A stretch of DNA of 64,000 nucleotides from a virus (Duplodnaviria > Caudoviricetes), in IMG/VR virus record IMGVR_UViG_3300021400_001319, positions 1-64,000 of that record; one strand, written 5' to 3'. The notes beneath the pieces are model-generated. The model saw only the letters and a program-made list of their open reading frames with translations. It was not told where the DNA came from and did no database searches. Each line of letters starts with the position of its first letter. Position 1 is the stretch's first letter. Of the stretch, positions 34,297-44,168 are shown piece by piece. A program made the translations under genes and the position numbers.

Positions 34297-34653
34297 TTAC
34301 TGAACTTCCTGCATTACGCCAATTACGGCTGCTCTTATATTGGGATTTGTTTCTAACTGGTTCTTCATCCATTCAAGAGCTTCATCTACCATTTCAGAAA
34401 ATTGTTCAAACGTTAGTATTTTTGTGATGAATGGAAACTGCGCCGTGGCCATCGACCAGATCATCTGTAATTTTAACTTCCCGGTATTCGCTCCAAGCGC
34501 TTTTTCTGTAACAGTAACTGCGTATTTCAGCCATTCGCGGATAGCTTATATTTTCTGCTCTTTATCTTTATTAACGAACCTGCTTCCTGCAACGACTGCT
34601 CCAAGTACTATGATTAGAAGTCCTACTATAGTTACCAAATTGTTTATTTCCAT
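34297..34653 (-). pseudogene. holin-like gene with in-frame TAA at codon 36
   Basis: hand translation: TM helix, KEQKI*AIREWLKYAVTVTEKALGANTGKLKL...FP...TFEQFSEMVDEALEWM; stop at 34546-34548. Confidence 0.75.
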
Positions 34654-34703
34654 AATATTTTTCCTTTCAATCTTTGCTATCCCTTATAAGGGAGGTTACT
34701 GAA

Positions 34704-35120
34704 TTATAAAAACTTGTAGTGCGGCTTTTCACCGCCAAAGAACCAATACTCCAAGTAGTCATCTAGGACTATTGCTATAGCACATAATGGTAGCCATATG
34801 ATTGCAAATAGTAAGCATACCTGGCCCATGATATTGAATGGCATATCAGAATAATCCCAAACATTAAGTCCTAAAAGAATGTTCAGAATAAATCCAAACA
34901 CAAATTCACAAGAAAGCACGAACAAATCTACTCTTAGTACTTGTCTCCAAAATGGTACTTGCCATTCTGTGCGCTTATTACTATAAGATGTGAATACTCC
35001 AACTAAGCCCCCAACAAGAAACATGCTCCAATGTGAATGACCACGCCACGCAATCTCGATAAGAACATATAGCGTTCCAAAGATTACTAGAAGTACAATA
35101 TCCTTTATCCTTTCACTCAT
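34704..35120 (-). CDS. four-TM membrane protein (putative ABC-transporter permease-like family)
   Basis: GTLYVLIEIAWRGHSHWSMF..GG, LNVWDYSDMPFNIMGQVCL. Confidence 0.75.
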   Translation of the reverse strand: MSERIKDIVLLVIFGTLYVLIEIAWRGHSHWSMFLVGGLVGVFTSYSNKRTEWQVPFWRQVLRVDLFVLSCEFVFGFILNILLGLNVWDYSDMPFNIMGQVCLLFAIIWLPLCAIAIVLDDYLEYWFFGGEKPHYKFL

Positions 35121-35163
35121 AAATCACCTCATAAAAAGAGAGCAGAGTGGTTAGCTCTGCTCC

Positions 35164-36360
35164 CTATGCACCTTGCTGTTTACATATGGTTTTTATTTCT
35201 TTGTGATATTTCCACACATAACCACCACAAGTCTTTCTTTTTCCATTGCACACATCTGCAATATGTTCTCTTCCAATCTCCGCTTGTGCAGCGGAGATAG
35301 AGGGATATGTTTTAACAAAATTGCCATCAAGAGTGAAACAATCGACTAATATAGCATTATTAGAGGTATAGTATTGGCGAGAATGTTTTAAGTTGTCTTG
35401 CAAATCAAAAGAGTATATGTAACCATGATAGCTATTTCTTCGATGCCTTAAATTATCAACAATTTTTTCACGCTCTTGAGGAGTACATTCAATTTGATAA
35501 ACATCGTTATACGAGGCAACCAAATTACCATTAAAAGAATATTTATACACCTTTTGGTTTCGATACTTGCATCTTGAATTATGAACATTTATAGTTTCTA
35601 GAATAAAACCACCATCACGCTTGTTAATAACATTATAATTAGCCAAGTACTTTTTGGATAAAGGAGTTACACTCCAATAATATCCATATGCGCTATTAGC
35701 TGAATGTTCGTCATCTAACACTTCAAAGATTTTTATAGCCCTGAATGATGTTTTGGACGCTAATTCTTTTAAGTTATTATACGTATGAACAAGATGCATT
35801 TCCCTATCGTATTGATAAATCTTTTGTTTTGAACACAACTTAAACTCCATATATTTTGAAAGTTTAGGCAAAGGATATAAATCGATTGATTCACCCTTCT
35901 TTCTCCATATATACCCTCCTGCTGAAAGTGCCAATCCGTTAGCAGAGTTATATATTCCAGTATGCGAAACTCGTGTGCTATTAGATGCAGCTCTGACAGA
36001 TGAATAGCTTTTTAGAAAATTTCCCTTTATATCATAACAATCAACAGGAACACTAAGCCCATCATCTCCACCTTTTGATACATTGTATCCATATCGTTTG
36101 TCATACGTTTTAAAATGCGCAATAAACTTTTTTTCTAGATAATATGCTTCTGCTTTTGTTAGACACTCAATTAAGATTATATGAGTTATATTATCCCATC
36201 CATATTTTTGTATAGCTCTCCAAAAATGTGCTTGAGTTTTATAACCACATCCAGTAGTACCCCACCTTTTTTGAGCGCCCATTCTTGTGATACCTATATA
36301 TCTTTTGGCATTTGGGGTTTTGTGCATATAAAGACTATACTCTCTAGTTTCGTTATCCAT
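35164..36360 (-). CDS. free-standing GIY-YIG endonuclease with NUMOD1-like repeats
   Basis: SLY...RYIG..R..RW...HF..AIQKYG.DN; four xxYxxxGxxxxxYxS-type repeats; CNGKRKTCGGYVW. Confidence 0.85.
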   Translation of the reverse strand: MDNETREYSLYMHKTPNAKRYIGITRMGAQKRWGTTGCGYKTQAHFWRAIQKYGWDNITHIILIECLTKAEAYYLEKKFIAHFKTYDKRYGYNVSKGGDDGLSVPVDCYDIKGNFLKSYSSVRAASNSTRVSHTGIYNSANGLALSAGGYIWRKKGESIDLYPLPKLSKYMEFKLCSKQKIYQYDREMHLVHTYNNLKELASKTSFRAIKIFEVLDDEHSANSAYGYYWSVTPLSKKYLANYNVINKRDGGFILETINVHNSRCKYRNQKVYKYSFNGNLVASYNDVYQIECTPQEREKIVDNLRHRRNSYHGYIYSFDLQDNLKHSRQYYTSNNAILVDCFTLDGNFVKTYPSISAAQAEIGREHIADVCNGKRKTCGGYVWKYHKEIKTICKQQGA

Positions 36361-36375
36361 ATCATTCTTCCTATA

Positions 36376-37107
36376 TTAGTTCGCATTGTGTAAGCGAATC
36401 AAATCTTTAAGAACATCAGATTGATATTCCTCTGGTGGAATCTGAGGGAAAGTAACGGCTAGAACATCTTCCTTGTTGTCCATGGATTCAATCCATATGC
36501 GCTCATCCCTAAACAGAGTAACCATATATGTTACGTAGGACAATGCGGCATCTGTTATTAGCAGCATATCCTCTGCATCGTAATACTTACAAAACTCACT
36601 ATGGTCTGCTGTATGCCATGGGATTTTTTCAGCGCCTGCCTCTGCTAGAGCTCTCAAGCTGGCTAAAGATATTTGATCATGTACTGTAAAAGTAAAATGT
36701 TCAACACTTCCATCTTTTAATGTTACATCAGTGCCCTCAGACACCATTGTCTCCATTATACTATTCAATTCAGATATATGCATCTCTTTAATTTCTTCTA
36801 GTGTTGGTATGTATGGTTCCGGAGCTGGCGGCCCTGGAACAAAGGGTTGCTCATGCCACTCGTCGGTAGGATCATCCGTGATAATAAATACATGATCGGG
36901 GACTTCCTCATGGTAAAGATATCTGTGCTTGGAAAAATCACTCATTACCATCTGATTTTTTTCGTTTAGTTCCTGAAACCCCAAAGCAATCATAGTTGTA
37001 ATTGTAGAGATAGGAACTTTAAATGTCAGCTGTACTCTGTGTCCCTCAAGGGAGATATCAGCCTCCATTATGGATTCATTAGCTAAAAATTTCACTAAGC
37101 TCATCAT
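36376..37107 (-). CDS. DUF4376-like tail fibre assembly protein
   Basis: L.DGSVEHFTFT..DQI...PWH...C..Y motif. Confidence 0.65.
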   Translation of the reverse strand: MMSLVKFLANESIMEADISLEGHRVQLTFKVPISTITTMIALGFQELNEKNQMVMSDFSKHRYLYHEEVPDHVFIITDDPTDEWHEQPFVPGPPAPEPYIPTLEEIKEMHISELNSIMETMVSEGTDVTLKDGSVEHFTFTVHDQISLASLRALAEAGAEKIPWHTADHSEFCKYYDAEDMLLITDAALSYVTYMVTLFRDERIWIESMDNKEDVLAVTFPQIPPEEYQSDVLKDLIRLHNAN

Positions 37108-37116
37108 TAACCTCCC

Positions 37117-37569
37117 TTACTGGTTAAAATAAAATACCTGCACTATCACGTTATTCTCCTGTGCTGGGAATGTGAGAGTGAGAGTAGTATCGGTGAGACT
37201 CATTGCTGTAGGAGATACACCATATACATTTGTCCAAATATCAAAGTGAGTCGTGTTTCCGAAATTACTATTTGTAAATTCTAATTTTGTTGAACCAGCG
37301 GGAAGTGTTGCAGACACATATTGATTAACTCTCTTATAAATACTGGCAACTACAGTTGCGTCTGCAGCAAAACCCTCATTTAGAACGGATGTAGAAGTTG
37401 TGATACCGTTGATATCGCCTAGCTTTGCCTGTGCTGTTTTGCCATCGTTAAACTCAACATCTTCTGCACTCGTCCATAAAGATAATTGATTCCACACAAA
37501 AGCACCCGGAGTGTTATCAACAAGAACTTTATAGGCTCGTCCTTTTATCTTATTTATCGTACTGCTCAT
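37117..37569 (-). CDS. tail-associated hypothetical protein
   Basis: ORF track re-started at MSST. Confidence 0.65.
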   Translation of the reverse strand: MSSTINKIKGRAYKVLVDNTPGAFVWNQLSLWTSAEDVEFNDGKTAQAKLGDINGITTSTSVLNEGFAADATVVASIYKRVNQYVSATLPAGSTKLEFTNSNFGNTTHFDIWTNVYGVSPTAMSLTDTTLTLTFPAQENNVIVQVFYFNQ

Positions 37570-37588
37570 GTTTTGTTCCTTTCTGTTA

Positions 37589-37897
37589 TTAAGTCCAACA
37601 ATAACCCTCTTCTTTATCCGTTGGCTCAATATCATTGTAAGTTGTTAAGTCTGGCTTATCCGTACCATGAACGATGTAGTTTTCAATAGCTATTAAACGT
37701 TCCTGAAGCATATTTAAAAGCCATGCTCCGTAAAATGAAATCTCATGTGTATTTAAGTATTCGCTTGCATCGCTATAATGGCCAATGGCAATCATTTCGT
37801 TGTATTGATCCATTATAGGCAACTTATCTATTGAAACGTCTTGAAAAAAACAAAGTTTATCAACATCGTCGGGAAAGACAGTTGAATAATCTTTCAT
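37589..37897 (-). CDS. hypothetical structural protein
   Basis: GAGGTG RBS; STVFPDDVD motif; similar to 37909 ORF. Confidence 0.65.
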   Translation of the reverse strand: MKDYSTVFPDDVDKLCFFQDVSIDKLPIMDQYNEMIAIGHYSDASEYLNTHEISFYGAWLLNMLQERLIAIENYIVHGTDKPDLTTYNDIEPTDKEEGYCWT

Positions 37898-37908
37898 GTC
37901 ACACCTCA

Positions 37909-38241
37909 CTATTTGACTCCAAGCCACACATCATTTACAGATGGCTCTGTATCAGGCTCACCATCTTGATAATAGATCTGTTGCTTTTTAGCTTTTGCAT
38001 ATATTTCTATATTTCTAGTTTCCTCGTCTATGGTATTAAGATACTCACTTCCGAGCACATAAGGGGCAAGTATATCTTTGTACTCGTCAATCTTTCTAGC
38101 TGCTTGATCATACTTGCCCTGTGCTTGAAGGAGCTTAATCTGATTGATATATAATGCTACTGAATCGTCTGCATCTCTAAACTCATGACGGGTCATTATC
38201 TGAGATGGGAACATGCTGTAATCGTGCGTATAAGAACTCAT
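37909..38241 (-). CDS. hypothetical structural protein
   Basis: ORF track; SMFPSQI motif. Confidence 0.65.
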   Translation of the reverse strand: MSSYTHDYSMFPSQIMTRHEFRDADDSVALYINQIKLLQAQGKYDQAARKIDEYKDILAPYVLGSEYLNTIDEETRNIEIYAKAKKQQIYYQDGEPDTEPSVNDVWLGVK

Positions 38242-38265
38242 AGTTATTCCTTTCTATCACGAGTT

Positions 38266-38604
38266 TTACTCCTCAGTAGCTTCAGGCTCTTCAAATGTTT
38301 CAACCCTTCCATCAGAGTATGTGATTGTATAAACATTTCCCTCTTTTGTGATAGACACAATAGTAATGGCAGGCGCAGGCTCGATGCTTGTCCACCATTC
38401 ACCGTCTATCCTATTGCCGTAAGAATCAAGGAGCATCACTGCAACGTTGTCGTAAACATCGCTCCCAACAAACTGAGACAATTTTAAAAAGTATTCTTTT
38501 TTGGCCAAGCCAAGATCATCAAACCTACCGGAGATTCTATAATCCCATGCATTATTTTGGCCATTATGGATTAGATATACTACTAAATAACAAGTATCAA
38601 TCAT
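38266..38604 (-). CDS. hypothetical protein
   Basis: AAGGAG RBS. Confidence 0.65.
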   Translation of the reverse strand: MIDTCYLVVYLIHNGQNNAWDYRISGRFDDLGLAKKEYFLKLSQFVGSDVYDNVAVMLLDSYGNRIDGEWWTSIEPAPAITIVSITKEGNVYTITYSDGRVETFEEPEATEE

Positions 38605-38616
38605 TTTTCATTCTCC

Positions 38617-41600
38617 TTATTTTAGAATCCTTAACTTACATACATCACCAGTTGCAGCACCATCAACAGTATAAGTAAGAGTTGTAGATGTTCCGCTTCC
38701 TGATTTGGCTACGCTCTTTATAGTTATCAATTTGTCTTGACAATACAAATCATAGCCGTAACTATCATTAAGTCCGCTAAAAGCAACGGTACCCGAGCTA
38801 GAAACAGTTGCCGTAGATGTCCATGTATCTGTAATGATATTGGCTGTGGCTGCAGAACTTGAATTTGCAGTAAATGTTGCCTTTGATGTTCCATTCTGTT
38901 GGATTGTTAATGTGGCATTGTTTACTGTTGGGTATGCAGGAAGTGATACTACGCCGCTTGATGGCGAATACGATGTTGTACCCACTTTAACAGATGTAAC
39001 TGTTCCGGTGTTTGTTGTATACCCACTATCATTAGTCAGTTCGGAAACTTTAGTAGGAACTGTTATATTCGCAGTTGCGTTGGAACTCTGGTTAGCTGTG
39101 AATGTTTGGACATTAGTTCCATTTTTTTGTATTGTAAGTGTTCCGTTGTTAACTGTTGGAATAGTAGGTTTATTAGTGAGGTCATTATAACTTCCACTAA
39201 ACGAACTTGTTCCAGCACCAATATTCGCCCTTGCGTTGGATTTTTCTGTATCCGTAAGCCCTTGTGATGCTACAGTAGAAACTGCTTTAAAGTTTCCGAC
39301 ATTCCCAAGGCCGATGTTTGTAGCAGTTATGTTTACATTGCCTGTTCTATAAGAGCTTTCACTATTACCTTTTACGCCTGTTACGGCGCTACTTGTAATA
39401 TAACCACTATCATTAGTCAGTTCACTTGTTTTTGTGGGGACAGTTATGTTAGCCGTGGCATTACCACTCTGGTTTGCAGTAAATGTCTGTACATTAGTAC
39501 CGTTTTTTTGGATAGTTAATGTTCCATTATTTACTGTTGCTGTACCAGAAGGAACTTGCCAGCTTCCATCAGCTCTTAGAAATTTGGTATTATAACCATC
39601 TTTCGGGGGCACTGCATTAACATATCCTACGCTACCATTAGCCGATGACGTTGCTCCCACCATTGCGTTCCATGTATTGTTATCTTGTTGGGTAAATGTT
39701 CCGGTAGTATTATCTAGGCATGTATAGGTAAAGGTCGTCCCGCTTCTTGTAATGCTCTTTATTGCCTTTGCGTCATAGTAACTCGGCTTACTTGATACAT
39801 TTCCCCATGCAACCGCACCGGCGCTATTTGCATAATTTGCTGTAGCTAGGTCAACGCTTGTAGCAGTAGCAGTTGGCGTACTGCTTTCTTTTGTTGTGCT
39901 GTTGTTAAGTGTATAGCTTGCAGTTTTTCCATTAGTGGAACTTTCCTGCAGAACAGTCCAAGTATCTCTGTAATACTGAGATCTTGTTATATTCTGGTAA
40001 ATAGCCCAGTTATTGCCACTTGTATTTACTATGAAGTTTGCAAGCGTATATCCGTATCTTACAAGCCATCCGAACTTCTTGACTGTTAACGATGTTCCAT
40101 TATCGCAACGTAAATCAAAAGTCAGTATTCCTGCGTTATAATCCGCCGTATTATGAACAGCAAAAATTAGTGATACGTTAGAATATCCTGTAAGGCTACC
40201 ACTGCAGACTTTATACCATCCAGCACTGGACGCTGCATCCGAGCCAACCTGTGATATTTGTGAGGTTATTCTGGAAGAATCACTTGCAGCAATGGTAACT
40301 GTGCCACTTGAATTGGTTACAGTTACATTAGAACCTGCTTTTAGATTTAAAGCAGTAGTATTATTTCCCAATATCTCAGTACCATTGACTTGAATTGGTC
40401 TATGGGTATTGGTATCTGTGGCTGCAATAGTAACGTCACCACCTGATCCTGTTATGGTTACATTAGAACCGTTTTTAAGATTAAGCGCTGTTGTATTATT
40501 ACCAAGAGTCTGTGTACCATTGACGTTGATAGGTCTATGAGTGTCGGTATTTGTTGGATATGCAGGAAGTGATACAACACCACTTGTGGGATTATATGCT
40601 GTGTTGCCTACTTTCACAGAGGTCACGGTTCCTGTATTTGTGGTATATCCACTATCATTTGTCAGCTCAGACACCTTTGTAGGCACAGTGATATTCGCAG
40701 TTGCATTAGAACTTTGGTTTGCTGTAAATGTCTGCACATTTGTTCCGTTCTTTTGAATAGTAAGAGTACCATTGTTTACTGTATAAGTATTGTTTTCCCA
40801 AGGTACATTGACAGAAAGGTTCCCGCTAGCGTCAAGTCCGACTGCGTATTCCCTACTAGAGGTACTACCCTTATCTGCCGCAGTCAAAGTGGATTTAGTT
40901 TCTGACTTCAGCTTTGCCTTGAGTGTACCGCTTCCGGTAATTGTTCCGCCGGTCAAGCCAGCACCGGTAGCAACTGACGTAACAGTTCCAACATTGGTTG
41001 TATAGCCACTATCATTTGTCAACTCAGATACCTTCGTAGGAACGGTGATATTTGCAGTTGCATCAGTATCTTGATTGGCAGTAAATGTCTGCACAGCTGT
41101 TCCATTCTTTTGAATTGTCAAAGTGGCATTATTTACTGTGGGCAGTGCCGCTGAAGTGATGAACCCACTATCATTAGTCAGTTCTGATGTTTTAGTTGGA
41201 ACTGTTATGTTTGCGCTAACATCTTCGGTAGCATTAGCAGAGAAAGTCTTAACTGCAACTCCATTCTTTTGGATAGTAAGATTTGCATTACCTATCGTTG
41301 GTTTATTAGTTAGGTCATTATAGCTACCTGAGAAAGCCACTATCTTTAAATCATTAAAGAACTTCATTATTTTCCCAAACAATATAGAAAGGGTTTCTCC
41401 GCTTACTATATTTGTTCTTGTTGATGCTTGCGTGAAAGTAGGCGCTTGATCATTTGTTGCAACGTTAGGCACGTTGCCTAAACCTATATCTGATTTAGTG
41501 ATATTGATATCGCCCACCCTATAAGAACTTTCTGCATCGCCCTTAACACCGGTTACAGTGTTCACCTGCGCACCAGCTTCTATACCCTCCAACTTAGTTA

Positions 41601-42345
41601 CCATAGCTGGAGTCATAAGACCTTTAACAGAAGTAGTAGCATCAGGAATAGCATTGGCACTGATAACTATCCATGAAGTTCCGTTATATCGATAAGTGTA
41701 GTCAGTATCTTTTACATTTACAGTCCAACCGTCTACAGGATTGGGATATGTTGTAGCAATATCAGCATAGGTTGCCACAGCTTCTTTCCAATCTATGTTT
41801 GTCTCAAATGCAGACATAAGGTTGTCCACTTCTGTCTTGGTATAAGTTGTAGCTTGATTTGCTTTTGTATTTAAAGCGTTTGTAATTACTGCGTTCTGAA
41901 CTGCATTGGTAGAAGTGGTACTCAATGCACTATCAATAGTTGCTTGAACCGCACTGATAGTTCCATCTTCTTCAACAGTTATTGTTGTTCCATCAGGTTT
42001 TACAATACCGGGGGTGGTAGTGGTGGCTATATTCGGTATCATACCTTCAAGATTTGCGATGGCATCAGCATTGGCTTCTTCAGCAGCCCTTGCCCTCGTT
42101 GCTTCTGCTGCAACGGCTTGGGCTATTGCCTGTGCTTGTGGCGTACTTACAGGCTTCGTTGCATCGCTTGTGTTATCCACATTACCAAGCCCGATTTGAG
42201 CAGCCGTAACTTCATGCGGATTAGTTTTTTCATTTACGTGAGTCAATGTCTCATCTATGATCGTATTGTTCGTATTGAAAACATTGACATCATATTTCTC
42301 AGTCACAAGCGGCAAACCGAGATTGAAGTTTTCTGTATGATTCAT
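38617..42345 (-). CDS. long tail fibre protein with six ~46-aa repeats
   Basis: Thr/Asn/Ser-rich; TVNNxTLTIQKNGT...ANITVPTKxSELTNDSGY repeats; GSYNDLTNKP. Confidence 0.85.
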   Translation of the reverse strand: MNHTENFNLGLPLVTEKYDVNVFNTNNTIIDETLTHVNEKTNPHEVTAAQIGLGNVDNTSDATKPVSTPQAQAIAQAVAAEATRARAAEEANADAIANLEGMIPNIATTTTPGIVKPDGTTITVEEDGTISAVQATIDSALSTTSTNAVQNAVITNALNTKANQATTYTKTEVDNLMSAFETNIDWKEAVATYADIATTYPNPVDGWTVNVKDTDYTYRYNGTSWIVISANAIPDATTSVKGLMTPAMVTKLEGIEAGAQVNTVTGVKGDAESSYRVGDINITKSDIGLGNVPNVATNDQAPTFTQASTRTNIVSGETLSILFGKIMKFFNDLKIVAFSGSYNDLTNKPTIGNANLTIQKNGVAVKTFSANATEDVSANITVPTKTSELTNDSGFITSAALPTVNNATLTIQKNGTAVQTFTANQDTDATANITVPTKVSELTNDSGYTTNVGTVTSVATGAGLTGGTITGSGTLKAKLKSETKSTLTAADKGSTSSREYAVGLDASGNLSVNVPWENNTYTVNNGTLTIQKNGTNVQTFTANQSSNATANITVPTKVSELTNDSGYTTNTGTVTSVKVGNTAYNPTSGVVSLPAYPTNTDTHRPINVNGTQTLGNNTTALNLKNGSNVTITGSGGDVTIAATDTNTHRPIQVNGTEILGNNTTALNLKAGSNVTVTNSSGTVTIAASDSSRITSQISQVGSDAASSAGWYKVCSGSLTGYSNVSLIFAVHNTADYNAGILTFDLRCDNGTSLTVKKFGWLVRYGYTLANFIVNTSGNNWAIYQNITRSQYYRDTWTVLQESSTNGKTASYTLNNSTTKESSTPTATATSVDLATANYANSAGAVAWGNVSSKPSYYDAKAIKSITRSGTTFTYTCLDNTTGTFTQQDNNTWNAMVGATSSANGSVGYVNAVPPKDGYNTKFLRADGSWQVPSGTATVNNGTLTIQKNGTNVQTFTANQSGNATANITVPTKTSELTNDSGYITSSAVTGVKGNSESSYRTGNVNITATNIGLGNVGNFKAVSTVASQGLTDTEKSNARANIGAGTSSFSGSYNDLTNKPTIPTVNNGTLTIQKNGTNVQTFTANQSSNATANITVPTKVSELTNDSGYTTNTGTVTSVKVGTTSYSPSSGVVSLPAYPTVNNATLTIQQNGTSKATFTANSSSAATANIITDTWTSTATVSSSGTVAFSGLNDSYGYDLYCQDKLITIKSVAKSGSGTSTTLTYTVDGAATGDVCKLRILK

Positions 42346-42375
42346 GATTATCCTCCGTTGCCAATTGTCGCCTTT

Positions 42376-44157
42376 TTACAAGAGTGTCTGAAGTTGTGAG
42401 TGTGTATATCTTGAAAGAACACCATGAGTGTACTTGGACAATATTACATGAGTACCTCGCTTATCATCATGCTCATCATCATAAAGGGGATAGAACTTCA
42501 TAAGTGTCCATGATGTAGTTCCACCGCTCCAATCATGCGATACATTCTTTACAATGTACTGATGGTCTACATCTTCGGAACTTGGACGATATTCCACTTT
42601 CACATTCACATCTGCAAAAGGAGTTATCTTTGTGCTCAGTGTAATTGAGTCAGTGAGTCTGCAATTCTTCCAGTTTTCCCATATTGCTCTGTGAACAGCA
42701 AGCGCATCAGATGTAATATTTTCATATTCGCCACCTGTTTTCACATCTAGAATTTCCCCTAGTTTTTGAATAGTAAAAGGAGAATCTTTAATAATTGTGA
42801 GATTTACGCACTCGCAGTTATATTTAGCTTGAAAATAATCTTTGGAAAATACTTGATGGGTTACGCCATCCTGATCGGTCCATGTCTCAGATGAAATAGA
42901 GCCATCGGTTAAAACATCTATTCCATGTGGAAGATAATGGCCAAGAAGATAAGCTCTGAATTCTGAATGAACACCATCTATCAATTTGCTTTTTATCTTA
43001 AAAGTGTAAATAGTATTAGGCGTAAGTGAACTTTGCTCAAGATATGTTTCTGTATACTCATCATAGATTGGCAATGCACTAAGCTTGTTTATTTTCAGCA
43101 TTGGATTGCTAGGGTTAGTTTCATAGATTTGAAGCGCCACTATATCTCCGTTGTAATACTCATCATACTCCCCAACTGTGGCAGAGTAAGTACGTCCGCT
43201 GAGGTTGGTTGTCTCTGAATAAAAGTCAGCCTCAATAGCCTTTCCAAAGACTTCGCATACATTTCTTACAGTAGATAGGTCAACGGAGGTGCTTTCAGAT
43301 ATGATGACATCCCTGAAGAAATCATTGGTGAGAACGGTATCATCAGAATATCTACTCGGAATCATCTGACAAATGAATGTACCTTTCTCATCAAAAAACA
43401 TTTCATAATTAGGATAGAGATCTCGGAATGTCGTTAGGACGCTCCACACAGAGGATCCCACAGAAAACTCCTGATCATAAGGGAGCGCATTCCATGTATA
43501 TTCCATGGTCCCATCTTGCACAGCTACCTTTGATTGTTCTCTGTATTGTTCGTAATCTTCGTTATATTGTGGCATTCCTTTATATTCACCAATTTCATCA
43601 ACTTCATAATCTGCTACAAAAGAAAGTTGCGTGAGAGTAGTAACAACTTGGTCACGGATATAGTTATAATGAATGACTTCTCCGGTTTCCTCGTCTTCCT
43701 CATAAGCAGGATACTCAATTGTTTCAGCGCCACCTATCTGGCCATTCTTTGTTCCGTCAAGTTTAGCCACAAGGTCATTACATGAAAGTGAGATAGTATT
43801 TGTTGTAGCGTCAAATGTAGCTGACATATTAGTAAATACAAATCTACCTTCTTCATACCATGTATACACTTGTTCTCGGGTATCTAATATGCCTATCTCA
43901 AGCTTTATAATACGATTGAGCCATATAATACCTTCCTCATTGACCACAAGTCTGTCGTTATCTATCGGGGTACATTCCAAAGAAAAAGTGCGTCTTACAT
44001 CAGATTCTGCACTTACTGTACTAGAGCCTGATATAATACCGCACTCAAGTTGATCCATAAATTCACCTGTTATTTCATGGTATATTGTTATTCTTACCCG
44101 TAGGTCTATTATGCTTTGTTTAAGGAGTTCGACATCACTAACTGAAATAGTATACAT
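42376..44157 (-). CDS. tail tip/baseplate protein (DUF5048-like)
   Basis: SAESDVRRTFSL, DLVAKLDGTKNGQ; position in tail module. Confidence 0.7.
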   Translation of the reverse strand: MYTISVSDVELLKQSIIDLRVRITIYHEITGEFMDQLECGIISGSSTVSAESDVRRTFSLECTPIDNDRLVVNEEGIIWLNRIIKLEIGILDTREQVYTWYEEGRFVFTNMSATFDATTNTISLSCNDLVAKLDGTKNGQIGGAETIEYPAYEEDEETGEVIHYNYIRDQVVTTLTQLSFVADYEVDEIGEYKGMPQYNEDYEQYREQSKVAVQDGTMEYTWNALPYDQEFSVGSSVWSVLTTFRDLYPNYEMFFDEKGTFICQMIPSRYSDDTVLTNDFFRDVIISESTSVDLSTVRNVCEVFGKAIEADFYSETTNLSGRTYSATVGEYDEYYNGDIVALQIYETNPSNPMLKINKLSALPIYDEYTETYLEQSSLTPNTIYTFKIKSKLIDGVHSEFRAYLLGHYLPHGIDVLTDGSISSETWTDQDGVTHQVFSKDYFQAKYNCECVNLTIIKDSPFTIQKLGEILDVKTGGEYENITSDALAVHRAIWENWKNCRLTDSITLSTKITPFADVNVKVEYRPSSEDVDHQYIVKNVSHDWSGGTTSWTLMKFYPLYDDEHDDKRGTHVILSKYTHGVLSRYTHSQLQTLL

Positions 44158-44168
44158 ATCATCCTCCT

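Noticed and set aside
34546-34548. Stop-codon reassignment explaining the holin TAA
   Set aside because: TAA terminates many clear genes in the window and other long genes have no internal stops.
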